DNA from: Azonexus sp.
GTDB taxonomy: Bacteria; Pseudomonadota; Gammaproteobacteria; Burkholderiales; Rhodocyclaceae
NCBI GenBank assembly: GCA_030696345.1
Contig: JAUYSK010000024.1
Span: forward strand, 239,566-303,565
Length of the DNA stretch: 64,000 nt
Direction of reading: 5' to 3'
Part shown: one piece after another, positions 39,131 to 49,155 of the stretch
Position numbering within the stretch: position 1 is the stretch's first letter
Layout: the number at the start of each line of letters is the position of its first letter
Notes under the pieces: model-generated
Seen by the model: only the letters and a program-made list of their open reading frames with translations
Told to the model about the DNA's origin: nothing
The model's database searches: none
Position numbers and translations under genes: made by a program

Positions 39131-39814
39131 ATGAAACTATTGGTTGTCGAAGATGAGCCAAAGCTTGCCCAGTACCTGCAAAAGGGATTGGGTACCGCAG
39201 GCTTTGTCGTTGACCTTGCCCACGACGGCGTCACTGGACTCCACATGAGTCTGGAGTTTGATTACGCGGTCATCATCCTCGACTCCATGTTGCCCGGCAT
39301 GGACGGGCTCTCCTTGTTGGCCGCCTTGCGCACCAAGAAACAAACACCGGTATTGATGCTGACAGCGCTGGGCAAAGTGGAGGACAGGGTTAACGGTTTG
39401 CAGACCGGCGCCGACGATTATCTGGTCAAGCCGTTTGCCTTTTCTGAGCTGATCGCTCGAATCCAGGGGTTGCTGCGCCGGTCGGCACCGCAGCAACCGG
39501 AAGCCCCATCGAACCGTCTTGCATTGCAAGATCTTGAAATGGACCTGGCTCGCCGCAAAGTTTCCAGGAACGGTCAGCGCATCGATCTGAGTGCCAAGGA
39601 GTTCCTGCTGCTTTCTCTATTTCTCAGGAAACAAGGCGAGGTGCTATCGCGCACCGCGATTGCCGAGCAGGTTTGGGATATGAATTTCGATAGCAATACC
39701 AACGTTGTCGAAGTTTCGATCAAGCGACTTCGTGCAAAAATGGATACGCCCTTCGAGACACAATTGCTGCATACCGTACGGGGCATGGGTTATGTCCTCG
39801 AACTGCGCGAATGA
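39131..39814 (+). CDS. Heavy-metal response regulator (CzcR/CusR family)
   Basis: Receiver domain plus OmpR wHTH ([23 protein letters not shown]). Confidence 0.92.
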   Translation: MKLLVVEDEPKLAQYLQKGLGTAGFVVDLAHDGVTGLHMSLEFDYAVIILDSMLPGMDGLSLLAALRTKKQTPVLMLTALGKVEDRVNGLQTGADDYLVKPFAFSELIARIQGLLRRSAPQQPEAPSNRLALQDLEMDLARRKVSRNGQRIDLSAKEFLLLSLFLRKQGEVLSRTAIAEQVWDMNFDSNTNVVEVSIKRLRAKMDTPFETQLLHTVRGMGYVLELRE

Positions 39815-41142
39815 GACCCGGCAGGATGTCCAATCCGACGCTGAGCAGTCGCCTCATACGCTGGCTCGCTTCGCTGAGTTTGGGTGTCTTGGGTTGTTTG
39901 TGCCTCGGCGTATTTTTCTCGGTCAAAGCCAACCTTGAAACACAACAGAACCTCCGTCTTGAAAAGCTCAGTTCGGCAATTCAGCACCTGTTTGAAGAAA
40001 CACCGGCACACCTACAACCGGGGTCGCTTGAACATGACCTGGAGGATCTTCTCAAAATCAATCGAGACTCGCATCTCAAGTTGATCAATCGATTGGGTGA
40101 GGCCCGCTTCATTTCGACGCCGAGTGCATGGCCGTCAAAAGCTCGTTTTTATTCGTTTACGCTCCCCGATGACGCGCAAAAGACGGATTTTGCCGTTGCC
40201 GAATTGGCTCTTGAGACTGCAACCGACGAGGCGATTCTGGAGCGCCTCGCAGCCATCCTCTGGGGGGCTGCGTTGATCGGGAGTGCCGCAATTACCCTGG
40301 GTGGTTACCTGATTGTTTATTTTGGATTGTCCCCCATTCGGAAGCTGGCAGAGCAAACACGCAGTCTCGCGATCCTTTCCCTCGACAAGCGCTTGGATAC
40401 AGAAGGGATTCCAGCCGAGTTGCAAGTTCTCGTCGATCAGTTCAACGATTTGCTGAACCGACTGGAAAAAGCCTATCAGCAACTCGAAGGGTTCAATACC
40501 GATGTGGCGCACGAATTGAGAACCCCCTTGGCGAACATCATCGCCAGCAGCGAATTGGCCTTGCGTAGCAACGACAAGGTCGAAGGCCTACGCGATTGCA
40601 TCGGTTCGAATCTCGAAGAAATGCACAGGTTGTCGGGCATCGTCAATGACATGCTGTTCCTGTCGCAAGCCGACCGGGGGGCTAAAGCCCGGCGGATGCC
40701 CGTTCAAAGTCTTGCCCAGCTCTGCGCCGAAGTGGCCGACTACTACGAAGCGGTGCTGATCGAATCCGACCTTCAATGGTCTATCGAAGGCGACGCCGCT
40801 GGCCAGTTCGATGCGGCGCTGCTCCGGCGCGTCCTGTCCAATCTGCTGAGTAATGCGGCTCGGCATGCCGAGCGCGGAAGTTCAATCGTGATTCGTATCG
40901 CCGCGGAAACTCATCGACACATCAAGCTCTCGGTGATCAATCGAGGGGAACCAATTTCTGCAGAGAGCCTGCCGCATATCTTCGATCGCTTTTTCCGCGT
41001 AGATGCCTCGCGTAGTTATGGCCACCAGAATCATGGGCTGGGCCTCGCCATCGTTGGCGCCATCGCCCGGATGCATGACGGGAAACCGTTCGCAAAGTCC
41101 GCCCATGGCGAGACCGAAATAGGCGTACGACTGGCCTGCTGA
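39811..41142 (+). CDS. Heavy-metal sensor histidine kinase (CzcS/CusS family)
   Basis: Two TMs, HAMP, HELRTPL, NLLSNA, FDRFFR, GLGLAIV. Confidence 0.9.
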   Translation: MRPGRMSNPTLSSRLIRWLASLSLGVLGCLCLGVFFSVKANLETQQNLRLEKLSSAIQHLFEETPAHLQPGSLEHDLEDLLKINRDSHLKLINRLGEARFISTPSAWPSKARFYSFTLPDDAQKTDFAVAELALETATDEAILERLAAILWGAALIGSAAITLGGYLIVYFGLSPIRKLAEQTRSLAILSLDKRLDTEGIPAELQVLVDQFNDLLNRLEKAYQQLEGFNTDVAHELRTPLANIIASSELALRSNDKVEGLRDCIGSNLEEMHRLSGIVNDMLFLSQADRGAKARRMPVQSLAQLCAEVADYYEAVLIESDLQWSIEGDAAGQFDAALLRRVLSNLLSNAARHAERGSSIVIRIAAETHRHIKLSVINRGEPISAESLPHIFDRFFRVDASRSYGHQNHGLGLAIVGAIARMHDGKPFAKSAHGETEIGVRLAC

Positions 41143-41183
41143 CGGCCCCGCTGCTTTTGCCGATGACGACCAACAACGGGTCT

Positions 41184-41436
41184 TCAGTCTTTGGTTTGCG
41201 GCGCGGAGGTTCGTAACATCCGCAGACCGTTGGCGAGGACCAACAGGCTGGCGCCCATGTCGGCAAACACAGCCATCCACATGGTTGCGCTACCGAACAG
41301 CGCCAATCCCAAAAATACAACCTTGATGCCGAGCGCCAAGGGGTTGTTCTGCCAAAGCACGGCATGCGTACGTTGCAATAAACGAATCATTTCCAGAATA
41401 CGTCGTAAATCATCGCTTATGATGACGGTAGGCTAA
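41184..41436 (-). pseudogene. Degenerate C-terminal fragment of a second P1B ATPase
   Basis: SDDLRRI..LWQN..LALGIK..ATMWMAVFADMGASLLV parallels the end of the adjacent intact cadA. Confidence 0.75.
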
Positions 41437-41464
41437 TGATCCTAATTGAATGCTTGACACGCAA

Positions 41465-43696
41465 TTAACGGCGGTCTTTCAAGAGTCGCAGCCCATTAAA
41501 CACGACCAGCAAGCTAGCACCCATATCGGCAAACACGGCCATCCACATGGTGGCGCTATCAAAAATCGCCAACAGCAGGAAGATGACCTTGATACCCAAG
41601 GCCAGGCTGATGTTCTGCCAGAGCACACGGTGAGTCCGCTGCGACAGGCGGATGGTTTCCGGTACGCGCCGCAGGTCGTCATTCATGATAACGATGTCGG
41701 CGGCCTCCATAGCGGTATGGGTACCTGCGTTGCCCATGGCGAAGCCAATGCTCGCCGTGGCCAAGGCTGGCGCATCGTTGATTCCGTCACCCACCATGGC
41801 GACCGTCGTGTCCGATTCGAGCAGCTTTTGAATCGCTTCCAGTTTTTCCTGCGGCAATAAGTTGGCGCGAACGTCCTGAATGCCGGATTGAGCCGCAATG
41901 CTTGCGGCTGTAGCCGGGTTGTCGCCCGTCAGCATCACGGTACGAACCCCCAAAGTCCGCAGTTCGGCAATCGCCTCCTGCGAACTGGCCTTGATGGTGT
42001 CGGCCACCGCAAAAAGGAATAGTGGGACCTCCTCGTCGGCGAGGATGGCGACTGTACGCCCTTGCTGCTCATGCTCGGCCATCAAGGCTTCAAGTTCGGC
42101 GGAGCACTGGTTCCGTTCGTGAATCCAGCGGTGATTGCCGAGCACGTAGTTGCGACCATTCACGCTACCGAACACGCCTCGTCCCGCTTCCGCCCCAAAA
42201 TTCGTCACTTCTACAGCGCTCTGAATCGCCAAACCACTGGCAACAGCTTTGGAGACCGGGTGGTCAGATCGCCCAGCCAAGGCTGCGGCAATGCGGAGCA
42301 CTTCTGCTTCCTCGGCAGTCGGGCTGAGCATCACCTGAGCGACAAGCTTGGGACGACCTTCGGTCACCGTACCCGTCTTGTCCAAGGCGACTGCTTTGAG
42401 CTTGCGAGCTTCTTCGAGGTAGGCGCCACCTTTAATCAGGATGCCCCGACGCGTTGCCGCAGCCAGCCCACTGACGACCGTGACGGGGGTCGAGATGACC
42501 AGAGCGCATGGGCAGGCAATGACCAAAATGACCAAAGCCTTGTAGATGCTGGCCATCCAGGCCCACCCGAACAGCAGCGGGCCAGCCAGTGCGATACCGA
42601 GTGCCAGGGCAAATACAGCAGGGGTGTAGATGGCAGCAAAGCGGTCGACAAAGCGTTGGGTGGGCGCCCGCGAGCCTTCAGCTTCTTCGACGGCGTGGAT
42701 GATACGCGCTAGAACCGTATCGCTCGCCGGTGCAGTCACCTCAAACTCCAGTGCGCCGCTTTGGTTGATCGTGCCAGCAAAGACTCCATCTCCGGGGGCT
42801 TTTTCGACGGGCATACTCTCGCCGGTGACCGGCGATTGGTCGACGGCCGATTGTCCGGCAATGACCCGCCCATCCAGGGCGAAGCGCTCCCCCGGGCGGA
42901 CACGGACGATAGCGCCAATCAGCACCTCCTTGGCGGCCACTGATAGCCACTGACCGTCAGGTTGTCGTACCTCGGCCTCCTGTGGTGAAAGGTCGAGCAG
43001 ACTCTTGATCGCGTTACGCGCCCGCTCGATGGCACGAGCCTCTATCAGCTCGGCAATAGCGTAAAGCGCCATCACCATCGCCGCTTCGGGCCACTCGCCA
43101 ATGACGAAGGCTCCGGCCACGGCAACCGACATCAGGGCGTTGATGTTGAGCTGGCCGCGCAGAACGGCGCCCATGCCTTTTTTGAAAACGGAAAGTCCGG
43201 AGAGTGCGATGGCGACGCCTGCAATGCCCATCCCTAGCAACTTCCAGAAGAGGGTCTCGGGCGCGGCATACGCCACTGCCTCGGCCACAATGGCTACCGT
43301 TAGGGCGGCAATGGGTTGCAGGAACTGATTGCGGGCTTGGGCGGCATCTACCTGGACGGGCTCGCTCAGCAGTTCTGCATCGAATCCCACTTTCCCAATA
43401 GCAGCCTGGACATCAGCCCAATGCTCAGTAGGCACATCAATGCGCAGCATGCGTGCCGGTAAATCGAACGACAGGCGACGGATGGCGGGGAACCCTTCCA
43501 GGGCCCGACGAATCTCTCCTTCTTCCGTCGGGCAGTCCATCGTCGGAATACGTAGCAAGAGCTGACCAGGGATTGCATTGGATTTCTTATCTGCATCCGG
43601 TGTTTTGACGGCCGAAGAGCAGGCATGCTGACATCCGCAGCTGTTCGTCTCTTGGGTCTGTTTCGGATTGCTCTCGGGGTCATGGTAATCAGACAT
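41465..43696 (-). CDS. cadA: Zn/Cd/Pb-translocating P1B-type ATPase
   Basis: MDCPTEE metal-binding domain, TGES, CPC, DKTGT, GDGINDAP. Confidence 0.92.
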   Translation of the reverse strand: MSDYHDPESNPKQTQETNSCGCQHACSSAVKTPDADKKSNAIPGQLLLRIPTMDCPTEEGEIRRALEGFPAIRRLSFDLPARMLRIDVPTEHWADVQAAIGKVGFDAELLSEPVQVDAAQARNQFLQPIAALTVAIVAEAVAYAAPETLFWKLLGMGIAGVAIALSGLSVFKKGMGAVLRGQLNINALMSVAVAGAFVIGEWPEAAMVMALYAIAELIEARAIERARNAIKSLLDLSPQEAEVRQPDGQWLSVAAKEVLIGAIVRVRPGERFALDGRVIAGQSAVDQSPVTGESMPVEKAPGDGVFAGTINQSGALEFEVTAPASDTVLARIIHAVEEAEGSRAPTQRFVDRFAAIYTPAVFALALGIALAGPLLFGWAWMASIYKALVILVIACPCALVISTPVTVVSGLAAATRRGILIKGGAYLEEARKLKAVALDKTGTVTEGRPKLVAQVMLSPTAEEAEVLRIAAALAGRSDHPVSKAVASGLAIQSAVEVTNFGAEAGRGVFGSVNGRNYVLGNHRWIHERNQCSAELEALMAEHEQQGRTVAILADEEVPLFLFAVADTIKASSQEAIAELRTLGVRTVMLTGDNPATAASIAAQSGIQDVRANLLPQEKLEAIQKLLESDTTVAMVGDGINDAPALATASIGFAMGNAGTHTAMEAADIVIMNDDLRRVPETIRLSQRTHRVLWQNISLALGIKVIFLLLAIFDSATMWMAVFADMGASLLVVFNGLRLLKDRR

Positions 43697-43735
43697 CTGT
43701 AATCTCCGGCGGTACGTTGCCAGTATAGACCCCCC

Positions 43736-43766
43736 ATTAGAATCCCTGGAGTAGATACAGGGTCAA
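43736..43766 (-). promoter_or_regulatory. MerR-type (CadR/PbrR/ZntR) promoter-operator of cadA
   Basis: TTGACC, a 19-bp spacer, then TCTAAT, with the dyad CCCTG-TATCTACTC-CAGGG. Confidence 0.85.
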
Positions 43767-43803
43767 GACTAAAATACAGATTAAATGCAAACGGAGATGG
43801 GTA

Positions 43804-43830
43804 ATGCGTATTGGCGAACTGGCAAAGGCT
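43804..43830 (+). pseudogene. cadR: Truncated MerR-family regulator (first 9 codons)
   Basis: RBS GGAG then ATG CGT ATT GGC GAA CTG GCA AAG GCT (MRIGELAKA), divergent from cadA. The MerR-like sequence ends at the ihfB stop. Confidence 0.8.
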
Positions 43831-44110
43831 AACCCTGATCAACCAGTTCCCGAAGTTCCTTGCCAGCCTTGAAGTGCGGAACATGCTTACCAGGAACAGC
43901 CACCTTCACGCCGGTTTTTGGATTCCTGCCAATTCGCGGTGGCCTGTAGTTCAAGGCAAATGAGCCAAACCCACGAATTTCAACACGATTTCCAGTACTC
44001 AAGCTTTCAGCAATGGCGGCAAGGATTTCGCTGACGGCAAGTTCAGCATCCTTCATCACTAGTTGAGGAAATCGCTCTGCCATGCGAGTTACAAGTTCTG
44101 ATCGTGTCAT
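43829..44110 (-). CDS. ihfB: Integration host factor beta subunit (island copy)
   Basis: [47 protein letters not shown]. Confidence 0.92.
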   Translation of the reverse strand: MTRSELVTRMAERFPQLVMKDAELAVSEILAAIAESLSTGNRVEIRGFGSFALNYRPPRIGRNPKTGVKVAVPGKHVPHFKAGKELRELVDQG

Positions 44111-44250
44111 CGGAAAATTTTAGCAAAGGGAGACAAAAAGCCGAATGCTCAGCACCGCTTTTCCATGAAAAAAATAATATCTTCAATGACTTGCTATTCG
44201 CATTCGTTTTTTGTAAGTCATATTCATAACCACAAAAAGGATGAGCAGTT

Positions 44251-45039
44251 ATGAAGAAGAAAGTGATTATCGTAGCCTCCGACGCAGGCAACATTGGGAA
44301 AACTTTGGTTGCCTCTGTCATTCTTGAAACCTTGAGACTGACCGAGAAAATTGATGGCTATGTCTGCGACCGAAATTTTCAGGGGCTCTATGAGCGCTAT
44401 GGGCAGAAGAACAGCAACGGTGCGTTGAAGCCGCTACACCTTCAAGACCCAGCAAAGGGAGTTGCCTTCCTTGATATTGCCAATCCAGACGAAAAATCCA
44501 AGGTGGCTAGCAGTCTTGGGACAGATTCAAACTATCTCTTGTTTGACCTTCCAGCGAACGCCACCCACCAGTTGGCAACCTGCATGGGAACACCACAAGA
44601 TTTCATCGATTTCATGGATTTCGCGGATGCCGACGTTACTTTCGTCTGCCCGATCAAAGACCAGAAAAGCATTTCGTCCTACAAGAGCTTGAAGGAAACC
44701 TTCCCTGCCGGTGCGAAGTTCATCTTGGCTATCAACGCGGGATTCATCAAGTCCACCGAGAGCAATGCCCAGTCCATCATCGACAGTTTAATTATCCAGT
44801 TTGGGCACGAGCCCCACTTTATCCTTGAGCAATCCTTGAGCCCAAGAATCTTCGACTTGCTCAAGAACAACACCCTTCGGGAAGTATTTTTACCGAGGGA
44901 AGAGCGAAAACAGGCTGATGGTTCATATTCCCCCAGCGATAGCGCATATTTGGCACAGGACAGGGGCGACCAGTTCATTTTGAACAGATTCATTCCGAGT
45001 GTTACCAAGGCCGTGGAAGAGCTTTTCTTGAACGACTGA
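44251..45039 (+). CDS. ParA/StbB/MobD-like P-loop ATPase
   Basis: Deviant Walker A SDAGNIGKT and LLFDLPAN Walker B-like motif; exact family uncertain. Confidence 0.6.
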   Translation: MKKKVIIVASDAGNIGKTLVASVILETLRLTEKIDGYVCDRNFQGLYERYGQKNSNGALKPLHLQDPAKGVAFLDIANPDEKSKVASSLGTDSNYLLFDLPANATHQLATCMGTPQDFIDFMDFADADVTFVCPIKDQKSISSYKSLKETFPAGAKFILAINAGFIKSTESNAQSIIDSLIIQFGHEPHFILEQSLSPRIFDLLKNNTLREVFLPREERKQADGSYSPSDSAYLAQDRGDQFILNRFIPSVTKAVEELFLND

Positions 45040-45154
45040 CACGTACCAAAATTCCAAGCGTTGACATCTATGCGCAAAAATTTCCCACAATGGGAACTTG
45101 TGTCACAAGACATGGCTGGGTTACAATGTTCCCAATTCACGAACAATGCAAATT

Positions 45155-45418
45155 ATGAAACTACTTGGAAGAAACCGCCTTCGGGCGCTTTATGGCTTGG
45201 ACGACCATACCGATGCATGGATGCGTAGCTGGGTGTCGGAGCTTTCGCTCGCCAACTGGAAAGAAGCAAAGGATGTTTTGTGCCAATTTCCCAGGGCACG
45301 CAATGTTTCAAATGATGTTTTTCTGTTCCCAGTTGGGCAGCACCTGCAATGCATTGAGGTTGCGATGGTCTTTACACAAGCCGTTGCCCTCGTAGTAGCC
45401 CTGAAGAGTACAAATTGA
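45155..45418 (+). CDS. HigB-like toxin-family protein
   Basis: MKLLGRNRL..W..E..ANWK..DV..QFPRA; overlaps the HigA-like gene (ATGA). Confidence 0.7.
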   Translation: MKLLGRNRLRALYGLDDHTDAWMRSWVSELSLANWKEAKDVLCQFPRARNVSNDVFLFPVGQHLQCIEVAMVFTQAVALVVALKSTN

Positions 45419-46641
45419 TGAACCGAATAGACGCTAAAGTAATCCGCTCGGAGGAGCAGCACCAACAGTATCTCTCTGAGATACAACGGCTTATCGCTTG
45501 CGAGCCGCCATCGGGAAGTGAAAATTCAGAACGCCTTGAACTTCTCTCAGTGCTAGTCGAAGCATATGAAAACCAGAAATATCCAATTGAAGCCCCTGAT
45601 CCAATTAGTGCAATCTTATTTCGCATGCAGGAACAAGGGTTAAAGCAGGCTGATCTTGTACCTTACTTTGGCACCCGTAGTCGGGTCTCAGAAATTCTGG
45701 GAAGAAAGCGTCCACTGACAGTTAACATGATTCGCGCACTTTCAAGCGGACTAGGTATATCAACTGAGACGCTTGTTGGAGTAGGAGCAACCGAGGTTGC
45801 ACAAAGTGAGAAGACCGAAGTTGACTGGGGTGGTTTTCCAATAAAAGAAATGATTGCTCGCGGTTGGCTTCAAAAGTTAGCCAACAAGGCAGTTAAATCT
45901 ACAGAAGAACTGGTACAAGGTTTCATTTCAAATGTGGGAGTGGAATTCGGTAGCACCGCTTTCCGTCGAACGATTGGTGGGGATGCATACTCACCAGCTA
46001 CAAAGTATGCGCTTTATGCTTGGTTAGCTCGTGTAATTCAAAAGGCGAGGGAGAGGAAATCTACTCTCGGAGTATTTGATCGAGAACGACTATCTGCCAC
46101 ATTTATGCGCGAACTGGCGCAGTTGAGTTGGTTTGAGCATGGCCCGGTTTTGGCAGTTGAGTACTTGGAGAAGCATGGAATTGCAGTCGTAATCGAGTCC
46201 CATCTGAAAGGAACGCTGCTAGATGGTGCTGCAATGCAAGATGAAGATGGAACACCAATTGTTGGGTTGACTCTGCGATTTGATCGTCTGGATAACTTTT
46301 GGTTTACCTTGCTCCATGAAGTCGCTCATATATGGAAGCATGTCGATCGCGAAGAGACATTCCTTGATAATCTAGATTCGTCATCTGATGACCGACGGGA
46401 AGTTGAAGCTAATCGAATTGCAAAGGAAGCCCTGATACCAAGGGTTGCTTGGAAACGCAGTGATGCATACTTAAACCCGAGCAATGTAACTGTAGATAGA
46501 CTTTCTAGGGAATTAAAGATACATCCGGCGATCATTGCCGGCAGGCTGCGCAAAGAGCGAGAAAACTATACTATTTTCAATGATTTGGTTGGGCATGGGC
46601 AAGTGCGTAAGCACTTTAATTTCACTGAGGTAGAGGTTTAA
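45415..46641 (+). CDS. HigA-like HTH antitoxin fused to ImmA/IrrE metallopeptidase
   Basis: PDPISAILFRM..LKQADL..SRVSEILGRKRPLT; HEVAH zincin motif; EVEANRIA. Confidence 0.85.
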   Translation: MMNRIDAKVIRSEEQHQQYLSEIQRLIACEPPSGSENSERLELLSVLVEAYENQKYPIEAPDPISAILFRMQEQGLKQADLVPYFGTRSRVSEILGRKRPLTVNMIRALSSGLGISTETLVGVGATEVAQSEKTEVDWGGFPIKEMIARGWLQKLANKAVKSTEELVQGFISNVGVEFGSTAFRRTIGGDAYSPATKYALYAWLARVIQKARERKSTLGVFDRERLSATFMRELAQLSWFEHGPVLAVEYLEKHGIAVVIESHLKGTLLDGAAMQDEDGTPIVGLTLRFDRLDNFWFTLLHEVAHIWKHVDREETFLDNLDSSSDDRREVEANRIAKEALIPRVAWKRSDAYLNPSNVTVDRLSRELKIHPAIIAGRLRKERENYTIFNDLVGHGQVRKHFNFTEVEV

Positions 46642-46642
46642 A

Positions 46643-47746
46643 ATGAGTCTTCTTTATGTTCCGATAATGGCGGCCAAGCGGGGTGAATTCACTGCCCTGA
46701 CGAATTTGCAAGCTTCTATCTCTGATAAAGCAATGCCGCTCTTTGAGTTGCCAGCACAAAAGCCGGACACGAAAGTATTTGAAAAGGCAATTTGTCGCAC
46801 AGCATCTGGTGCAGGAAAGGCTTGGCCCGGCCGCCCTGCCTTCTTAGACATCTCAAAGTGGAGCCCAAATGCGCGAACCGAAAGCGGCATTCACATTTTG
46901 GAGTACGCATTTTCACAGTTCAGGTCAAGTGGCGTCCATGTTCATCCAGTAGTGGGATATGACCGCTGGGATGACCCATCTTATAGCCAAGCGCTCAAGA
47001 ACATCCGTACAATGGCCCCCGTAACACCTTGCATTCGTCTTGACCGAGAGGCAATCCAAGACGACATGCTCGATGTGCCGTACTTCTCGGAGCGTATGAA
47101 TGACATCATGGCTTCACTGGAAGTTGGACCGAACAATTGCTACATATTGGTTGATTTTGGTAGTGTTTCAACAATATCCGTGCCTGACTTGATTGAAGAT
47201 GCAGAAAACGCTGTGAGTGTTCTGCGTAGTTTAGGGTTCAGCGTGGTGATCATCGCGGGTGGATCGATGCCAGCGGCGGTGAACGAAGCAGTTAAAACAC
47301 GGGATGACGAGGGGTGCATTCCGCGAATCGAAATGCTCGCTTGGAAGGCGATTTTTTCTGGAAACCAAGATCGAAACGTCATCTTTGGGGACTACATGAT
47401 TCGCAATCCAAATGCTGCTGATGGCGTAATTGCTCCACAGGCGAATGCGAAAATTCGTTACACCATCGATAACCAATTCTTCATTGTGCGTGGGCATTCA
47501 AAACAACTGGACTCATTGACCATCCAACATAAGGAACTTTCAAAAAAGCTCGTTAAGTCTGCTCATTACTTGACACCGTCCTTTAGTTGGGGGGATGGAG
47601 AAGTGCTGAATTGCAGTATTGGCGTCAAGGAAATTCGTGACCCAACTACCATGATCGCGGTAGATACCAACCACCATATCAGTGCAGTCATTTCAGAGGT
47701 CTTCGAGCACCAGCGGACAGTTGTCCCTTCGTTGGCATCAGCTTAG
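46643..47746 (+). CDS. Beta-family protein (T4 beta-like)
   Basis: YVPIMAAKRGEFTAL start, FGDY, AKIRYT, DTNHHI; recalled family pattern. Confidence 0.7.
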   Translation: MSLLYVPIMAAKRGEFTALTNLQASISDKAMPLFELPAQKPDTKVFEKAICRTASGAGKAWPGRPAFLDISKWSPNARTESGIHILEYAFSQFRSSGVHVHPVVGYDRWDDPSYSQALKNIRTMAPVTPCIRLDREAIQDDMLDVPYFSERMNDIMASLEVGPNNCYILVDFGSVSTISVPDLIEDAENAVSVLRSLGFSVVIIAGGSMPAAVNEAVKTRDDEGCIPRIEMLAWKAIFSGNQDRNVIFGDYMIRNPNAADGVIAPQANAKIRYTIDNQFFIVRGHSKQLDSLTIQHKELSKKLVKSAHYLTPSFSWGDGEVLNCSIGVKEIRDPTTMIAVDTNHHISAVISEVFEHQRTVVPSLASA

Positions 47747-47843
47747 TTAACACAGGCTGAATTGCATTCACCAGGCGAACAACCCTATTGTTCGCCTGAT
47801 ATTTGCACAAGGATTTTCCACGAAAGTTGTGATCGGTGGCGCA

Positions 47844-48551
47844 TCAGCCACATTTGGTACCAACCCCCTTGGGGTTAAGCGGCATACCAGCACCGTTCAT
47901 AAGCCGACGAACCTTGCTCAAATCCAGCCAGAGATCACCAATACTCGCACTGATTTTTTTGAAGCCAGCATAGACAGTCCGATCAAACGAGTTCAGTCCG
48001 TGGGTATCGGCAAGACTGTAGAGCCATCGCCAAACATTTTCCCAGTGGTTGTCCCAGTCCTCTGCAACTTTTGGACGGTTGGCTCCCGGCGCAATCAACT
48101 CCCCCCAGTTTGGCTCATCCCCCAACCAGGACGAGTCAGCCCAATCGTGGACATCCAAGTTCTCAGCGACCATCGCAACCGGATAGGCGGGTGGAAGTTC
48201 TACAACCTTAACCACTGATTTGAGATGTTGAGTGACAACAGCAGGCTTGGCAACTTTCTTCCGTTCATCCCGAACCAACTTCATATAGCGACTAACTAGC
48301 GCTGGATTGACCGTGCTGAATCCTACCTGATTGAGTAGCAGTGCAAGTTCCTGATGACAAACCTTGCCGACCTTCTTCCATGCAGGAAACAGTCGACTGT
48401 TCCAGTCATCATAATTTTCCCTAAATACGTCAATCAAGCGTGTCTTGCTGGTTGTGGCTACCGCCTCATGCTCAGCTTGAATAACTGCCCTGTTCAATAA
48501 CTCCTGTATAGCCATTCCACTCTCCAATTTGATTTCCTGCCATATCATCAA
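47844..48551 (-). CDS. Hypothetical DNA-binding protein (StbA/MobC-like candidate)
   Basis: Divergent from the mob operon across the oriT region; SKT..L..GF..S.Y..VR..RKK pattern. Confidence 0.5.
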   Translation of the reverse strand: MMIWQEIKLESGMAIQELLNRAVIQAEHEAVATTSKTRLIDVFRENYDDWNSRLFPAWKKVGKVCHQELALLLNQVGFSTVNPALVSRYMKLVRDERKKVAKPAVVTQHLKSVVKVVELPPAYPVAMVAENLDVHDWADSSWLGDEPNWGELIAPGANRPKVAEDWDNHWENVWRWLYSLADTHGLNSFDRTVYAGFKKISASIGDLWLDLSKVRRLMNGAGMPLNPKGVGTKCG

Positions 48552-48882
48552 TTGAAGTAAGAAAATTTTGTCATCAAATCAAGTGTTTTTGTCTTTTATT
48601 TGTCAGCAATTTGTATTGCCATTGTTTTCTGATTGTTCAACGATTGTCTTTTCGTTGTTATGCTTTGTCTCTCCTTGTTTTCCTTTGTCGCTTCGTTGTC
48701 TTCTTCTCTTCGATTTACCGTTTTGCAGCTCATAAGCACCTATCACATTAAAATGTATCTTGATGCGATAAGTGCTTTACGAATAGACACAGTAATCATT
48801 TCATAGAAATTCAATCCGTTTGTCGGATTTAACCTTGACATCACAACTTCATTTGTTACTTTGAAACCAAAAGGATCAGCAA
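48552..48882. other. Putative oriT region
   Basis: Intergenic region upstream of the RHH gene and relaxase; inverted repeat 48734-48744/48767-48777; phased array. Confidence 0.55.
48568..48699. repeat. Helically phased TTGT array
   Basis: TTGT at 48568, 48589, 48600, 48611, 48622, 48633, 48644, 48655, 48665, 48675, 48685 and 48696. Confidence 0.85.
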
Positions 48883-49155
48883 ATGAGGGAACACATACGA
48901 ATGGATGGCATCAAGGTATTTGAAGAAGAAGCAAAGCTTCTTCAGCTTGTCATGCATGAGCACAACACCAAGAATAAAAGTGAAGCATGGCGAATTGCAC
49001 TTCATGAGTACAGCAAGAACAGGAATATTACCCAGTCCTTCAGCGCATTGGAGAATGAATTTCGGGCGACCAAGGATGAAATTGTTCAGCTCAAATTAGC
49101 CATTGAAGACCTCTATTTCATCGTTCAGGCGATGAGCGGGGAGCTACTGCCATGA
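48883..49155 (+). CDS. Relaxosome accessory RHH protein (TrwA/MobC-like)
   Basis: IKVFEEEAKLL..NKSEAWRIAL; translationally coupled to the relaxase. Confidence 0.55.
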   Translation: MREHIRMDGIKVFEEEAKLLQLVMHEHNTKNKSEAWRIALHEYSKNRNITQSFSALENEFRATKDEIVQLKLAIEDLYFIVQAMSGELLP

